Of a stretch of DNA of 12,680 bases, positions 7,887 to 12,680 are shown piece after piece (positions within the stretch are counted from its first letter, which is position 1; each line of letters begins with the position of its first letter). The translations under genes and the position numbers were made by a program. Location: contig CBFFRP010000462.1 of assembly GCA_965644295.1 (NCBI GenBank), positions 1 to 12,680 of the forward strand, given 5' to 3'. The notes beneath the pieces are model-generated. The model was given only the letters and a program-made list of their open reading frames with translations. It did not search any database and was not told where the DNA came from. The DNA comes from Paraphysomonas bandaiensis (Eukaryota > Protista > Chrysophyceae).

Positions 7887-9335
7887 CTAAAATGGTTTCA
7901 TATTAGTAGCATTGATTCGAACTTCTTTTCCTTCAATTTCAGCATCATAAAGTATTGGGCTTAGTCGCCTAATAACTTTATAAGGTCCTTCAAATCTAGC
8001 TTGTAATTTGGCATTGATTTTATACAATTCCTCATCATCAGCCGATTTAAACACATTAATTGGACGTCGAATTCTGAAGAATAAATCACCAGAATTGAAT
8101 TCTTTGAACTCTCGAGGTCGCCTAGATACCATGTTATGTCGAAGATGATTCTTTTGAGCTTTCTTCGTTGCATAATTCCAAGCTTGTTCCAAAGAAATCA
8201 ACAAATTATCAATCCATTCAGCTTCAATAGTTCCAGGTTGTAATCGAAGCTCAGAAAGTTTCGAGGACAATGTAAACTCTATAGATGGCAAGCGGCATTC
8301 TCTACCGTACATCATATAATATGGAGTAAAACTTGTGCTCAAGGACACTGTAGTATTATACATCAATTGTACTGTAGGCAAAAATGTATCCCAGTCATCC
8401 TGTAATACACCTACAAAATGGTACAACTGATCCTTCAACGTCTTGTTGTGATTCTCAACTAAACCCTGGCTCCTTGGAGTATAAGGAGTAGTGTTAATCC
8501 TTCTATACTTGAATAACTTGGATATTGCTTTGGTCAGTTTATTGACAAACTCTGTGCCTTTGTCACTCACCAATAATTCTGGTAACCCAAATGGACAAAA
8601 CACATGAGTAATCAAAGCATTAGCCACTTCCAACGGCGTCTTGTTTTTAAGAGGCATAAGCCAAACAAATTTAGTAAGGAAATCCTTTACCACTAGAATA
8701 TAACTGAAACCACTTTTTGTTTTCACCAATCTTCCTGTCAAATCAATATGTATTCGTGACAAAGGAAATTTTGCATCAGGATATTTCATTATTGGAATCT
8801 TTGGTCGCGTTTGATAGGTCTTACGTAATTTACAAGGTATACATTCCTCCACATGTTTCTGTACATCCTTGCGTATTGACGGCCAAAAATATCTCAATTT
8901 CAAAGTTTCAAGCATTCGTTGTGTTCCTGGGTGCGTATATCCTTCATGGAAATACTTCATTAGTTGATAACGTAACACCTGAGGGACCATAATTTGCCAA
9001 TCTATCGATCCCTTGTTTTTCTGAACATGTTTTCTCAATAGTATCTTGTGCGATGGTTCATCTGCATTCTCATGTAACTTGTAAACATGACCATCCACTT
9101 CGAACTCATGGCCAATTTCAAAATTTGATAACTGTGATATAATCAATCCCAGTTGTGTATCATTTTCTTGGATCTGAAACATGCTCTCTCTACTTGAAGG
9201 CCACTTAATCTCCGGATCTTCTTCCGGATGGTCTATTAAATATTGATCTGATAACTCCCATAATCCAGATTCTCCACATACGGCGAATGGGTGAGTATCA
9301 TATCTATCCAACTTCCCTGACAAAGGTGTGACCAC
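7887..9335 (-). mobile_element. Ty3/gypsy LTR-retrotransposon pol 3' fragment: RNaseH-IN linker + integrase (HHCC, DDE core, GPY/F); no PR/RT/RNase H, no chromodomain
   Basis: FHEGYTHPG...YFWPSIRKDVQKHVEECIPC (HHCC); RIHIDLTG / LVSDKGTEF / GLVENHNKTLK (D,D,E); RFEGPYKV (GPY/F). An in-frame TAG at 9359-9357 closes the frame upstream, so pol is truncated. Confidence 0.93.
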
Positions 9336-9408
9336 GTGGCATTTCCCATGCCCTATCTACGTGGCTATAATATCACGCTATTAAGTCACATGCATGGTTA
9401 CATTGACT

Positions 9409-9487
9409 TTTAGGACCCTATGTTGGTTTAGGACCCTATATCAGGACCCTATATATTGCTTTAGGACCTTCATTGTGTTCAGGATAC
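9409..9487. repeat. Cluster of short direct repeats (TTT/C)AGGACCCTA
   Basis: Copies at 9409, 9427, 9442, 9460 (AGGACCT) and a decayed one at 9480. Confidence 0.8.
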
Positions 9488-9986
9488 ATATTATGCAACA
9501 CCATTTGGACATTGGTAATGTACCACAGTGTACCTACATACATATTGAGCCAACGTTCGGGTATGATGTCCAATTTTATCTGCTGATGATGATGTACGAC
9601 TATGATCTGCTGCTGGTGACTTCGGTGATTGTGCATATCAGTTCAACGGGGGGTGGGAAAAATGGATGATGAAAAGGGGGGCCGATTTTTTTGAGGGGGC
9701 CGATTTTCTTTCGTTATAGGTATTGTGTTTTTCGTATGGAGCATGAGTGCAGAGCTATGTATATCTATCCCGTATACAGCGTAATACGTACCTTTTCATA
9801 CTTTTGATTCTTTTCACCGTATCGGCATCATCTCTCTGTATATGCCTCTAATATTGAGACAACAATTATCTGTATTCCAGCCGTAGTTATATATCAGTCA
9901 TATACAAGCTTTTTGCTTCAATTTATTTCCGAAAAAAGTAAGATGCTGACTGCCGATACGACGGACCGGCAGCAGGTAGTATGTGC

Positions 9987-10711
9987 TAGGGGTTGTCCAG
10001 GAGGGAGGCCTCGGTAGCCTACTGGGTGATGTCAAGAAGCTCACGGAAGAATACATTACAGCATCCTCTGGGTCATTAGGGTCAAGCAAGGGATGAGTAC
10101 TGGGGCTCTCCTGACTGGTAGTAGGTAGTAGGTAGGGGTTGTCCAGGAGGGAGGCCTCGGTAGCCTACTGGGTGATGTCAAGAAGCTCACGGAAGAATAC
10201 ATTACAGCATCCTCTGGGTCATTAGGGTCAAGCAAGGGATGAGTACTGGGGCTCTCCTGACTGGTAGTAGGTAGTAGGTAGGGGTTGTCCAGGAGGGAGG
10301 CCTCGGTTGCCTACTGGGTGATGTCAAGAAGCTCACGGAAGAATACATTACAGCATCCTCTGGGTCATTAGGGTCAAGCAAGGGATGAGTACTGGGGCTC
10401 TCCTGACTGGTAGTAGGTAGTAGGTAGGGGTTGTCCAGGAGGGAGGCCTCGGTAGCCTACTGGGTGATGTCAAGAAGCTCACGGAAGAATACATTACAGC
10501 ATCCTCTGGGTCATTAGGGTCAAGCAAGGGATGAGTACTGGGGCTCTCCTGACTGGTAGTAGGTAGTAGGTAGGGGTTGTCCAGGAGGGAGGCCTCGGTA
10601 GCCTACTGGGTGATGTCAAGAAGCTCACGGAAGAATACATTACAGCATCCTCTGGGTCATTAGGGTCAAGCAAGGGATGAGTACTGGGGCTCTCCTGACT
10701 GGTAGTAGGTA
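9987..10711. repeat. Tandem array, 146-bp unit, about 5 copies
   Basis: TAGGGGTTGTCC begins at 9987, 10133, 10279, 10425 and 10571. I found one substitution (A>T at 10308); the last unit is a few nt short. Confidence 0.98.
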
Positions 10712-10869
10712 CAGGGGGGATTCGAAATAAACAACAGATTTCAGTTTTTTTTCAAAAATACTTTTTTTTGACTTTTTTTCATCATTTTATGATTTTGAGA
10801 GTGAAGTGATCATGATGCCTCCCTCTTAAGACAAGCATCACACACACATCATCCACACCCCTCATACGA

Positions 10870-12554
10870 TGCTCTCCCCCCCACAATAACAACACACGAG
10901 ATCAGCGTAAGTTCATGTGACCATATGCATATCTCATAACCCTATATTAGGCCTAACAAGAGGGAAGAGAGAGCAGCCATATCCATCGGATGAGAATCAC
11001 AGAGATGAGCACACAGCAAGAGGAAGGAGGGACGAGACTCCTCTCTGAGCCCTCGGGGACTGAGGAACAGCGATCAGAGTAAGTTATTCGATCTGGAGAG
11101 GGGCCGAAAGGCTCTGTGCAGTCAGCATATTCAGACTGCTTCGACGGTCTCTGTTCACATCAGCACAGAGCAGCGCACACACGCAGCTGATATGACTGCG
11201 AATGAGATCTGCCATCAGATATCTGTCTATTCATTTATTGGGTATCCCTCTAATAGCGTTTTGGTCTGAGTTTGATGTCATCGGAGGTGTTATGTCGAGG
11301 TAACGGCTTTGTGTAGATATTGACTATGCCTTGTAATATACGTTGAATACAGACGTAATATCACTCCTATTTCAAGAGCCATTGTGGCAACCGCGTACGA
11401 AAGAACTGTGGAGGGGTGGATGGAAGTTGATATGCAGAATAAGCTCTCAAGGCGAGGGAGAACAAGTTACCTGCAGGATTAGTGGAAGTGGTAGGAACTG
11501 CGTATCTCATACCTTCGCTCTGGGTCTGTGACAACAGAGACCACAGTACTTGTCAATGAGTGACAGCAAGCTAACCAGTTGGTCCCGGAGTCAATATATT
11601 GGTCTTGTATTGTCCGCTTTTGCCTCAACAGTGAAGTTATTGACACTCATAGGCACCATAGCCAAAGAGTGGGAGGTGTGAGACCCCGACACGTTGTAGT
11701 AAGTATAAAGGCTCAGTTCTGTCAGTCTGTCAATTCGTTGGGCTGTATCAGAGTGGGCTGCTACTCCCACAGCAAAGACGTCGCACCATTCACCTCTATT
11801 TTTTGATATGACACTGAAGTTTTACCTATATAAAATGGTAGCGGTGATAAAGGTATATTGCTCTGTAGCAACGACGGTACAAGTGCTAATGAAGTTGTAC
11901 CGCAGGAGTGAGATTGGTGCTTTGGTGAAGGACCCTAATATCAGCTAGGTTGTACAGTTCACTCATACAACGGCAGAGAGATGTACAGGATCAGAGGTCG
12001 ATAACGACGGCGATATTCGAGCAATCCTGCAGTACCTGTTGCGATATGAAGGTGGTATAATATGTACATAATAATACGTATTGTTATTCCTCATTTATTT
12101 CTATACAATCAGGAGTTGACAGGCACTGGCGCAGTATATTCTGCATCTATTCTTACTGGAAAACGTGGCAGAAGTTCGGTTGATTGTCGATTGTAAGTAC
12201 TTTTAATTAATCAATAGCCTTTGTATTGTATAGCACTATGTAGTACACATATATATATTATGTATAATGTAACCGTTTCATTCAACATTTTTTGGTCTGC
12301 AATTGATATAATTTTTATTATTTGTCATTGCAAACATGTTCTCTTCACATCTACTACACTAATTATTGCAATACGTATCATACACTCAACTTAAATCGAC
12401 TTTCTCAAAATTTCAACAGGTTTGGCGGTTACATCGACTTATGACCATCTAATCGTTTTTCGTTTATGAGGAATGGCTACCAGAAGATGAAATAGAGTCC
12501 AGTAGTGGTACTGGGATTAGTACCAGAAGAAGAAATTGCAAGGGGGCACTATAA
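10870..12554 (+). pseudogene. Possible degenerate spliced gene of unknown family
   Basis: AT-rich GT-AG intron candidates 10907-10950, 12052-12112 and 12193-12419 separate more GC-rich exon-like blocks (e.g. DNDGDIRAILQYLLRYE, FVYEEWLPEDEIES). All frames are interrupted by stops. Confidence 0.3.
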
Positions 12555-12680
12555 AGGTCTGTGTGATGCTTGTATGTATATATCCGCCAGTGCATATAGC
12601 GTATATTTGACCTAATTTTTGGTGATATGTAGAAATCGGAGAAAATTCAAATAAGCAAGAAAAAGTCGGATCAAGATAGC

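Noticed and set aside
7887-9335. Ginger/Polinton DNA-transposon integrase
   Set aside because: A gypsy RNaseH-IN linker, a PPT and a TG LTR start are present, and no TIRs were found; truncated LTR element is preferred.
9987-10711. CRISPR array or coding repeat
   Set aside because: Units are identical throughout (no unique spacers), there are no cas genes, and a period of 146 breaks the frame with stops.
9647-10861. Possible TIR pair around the tandem array (TGGATGATG / CATCATCCA)
   Set aside because: Only 9+6 bp with a 7-nt gap, low complexity, and no TSD.
11072-11089. GATCAGAGTAAGTTATTC similar to 1987-2006
   Set aside because: Short gapped match with no extension; it overlaps a common GTAAGT motif.

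Overview
This is eukaryotic, repeat-rich genomic DNA with short GT-AG introns, probably from a flagellated protist such as a stramenopile (taxon inferred, not shown). Two intact host-type genes sit head-to-head. One is a spliced TRX_NDPK/NME8-9-type (dynein light-chain-like) thioredoxin on the minus strand (3245-3711, 137 aa, WCGRC). The other is an intronless 749-aa Crinkler/CR-type protein (4329-6578) with a Cys/His header, a P-loop NTPase and a probable PD-(D/E)xK nuclease. The rest is mostly mobile-element material: a 5'-truncated but uninterrupted Ty3/gypsy integrase ORF followed by a polypurine tract and LTR start, decayed ORFs, and a near-perfect 5 x 146-bp tandem array. The least explained signal is a ~35-58-nt motif present three times (1665-1722 +, 2869-2926 +, 7650-7699 -). 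Its differences mostly preserve base pairing, and it also reads as an LTR end plus tRNA primer-binding site with a built-in complementary strand. All calls are by eye; no searches were run.
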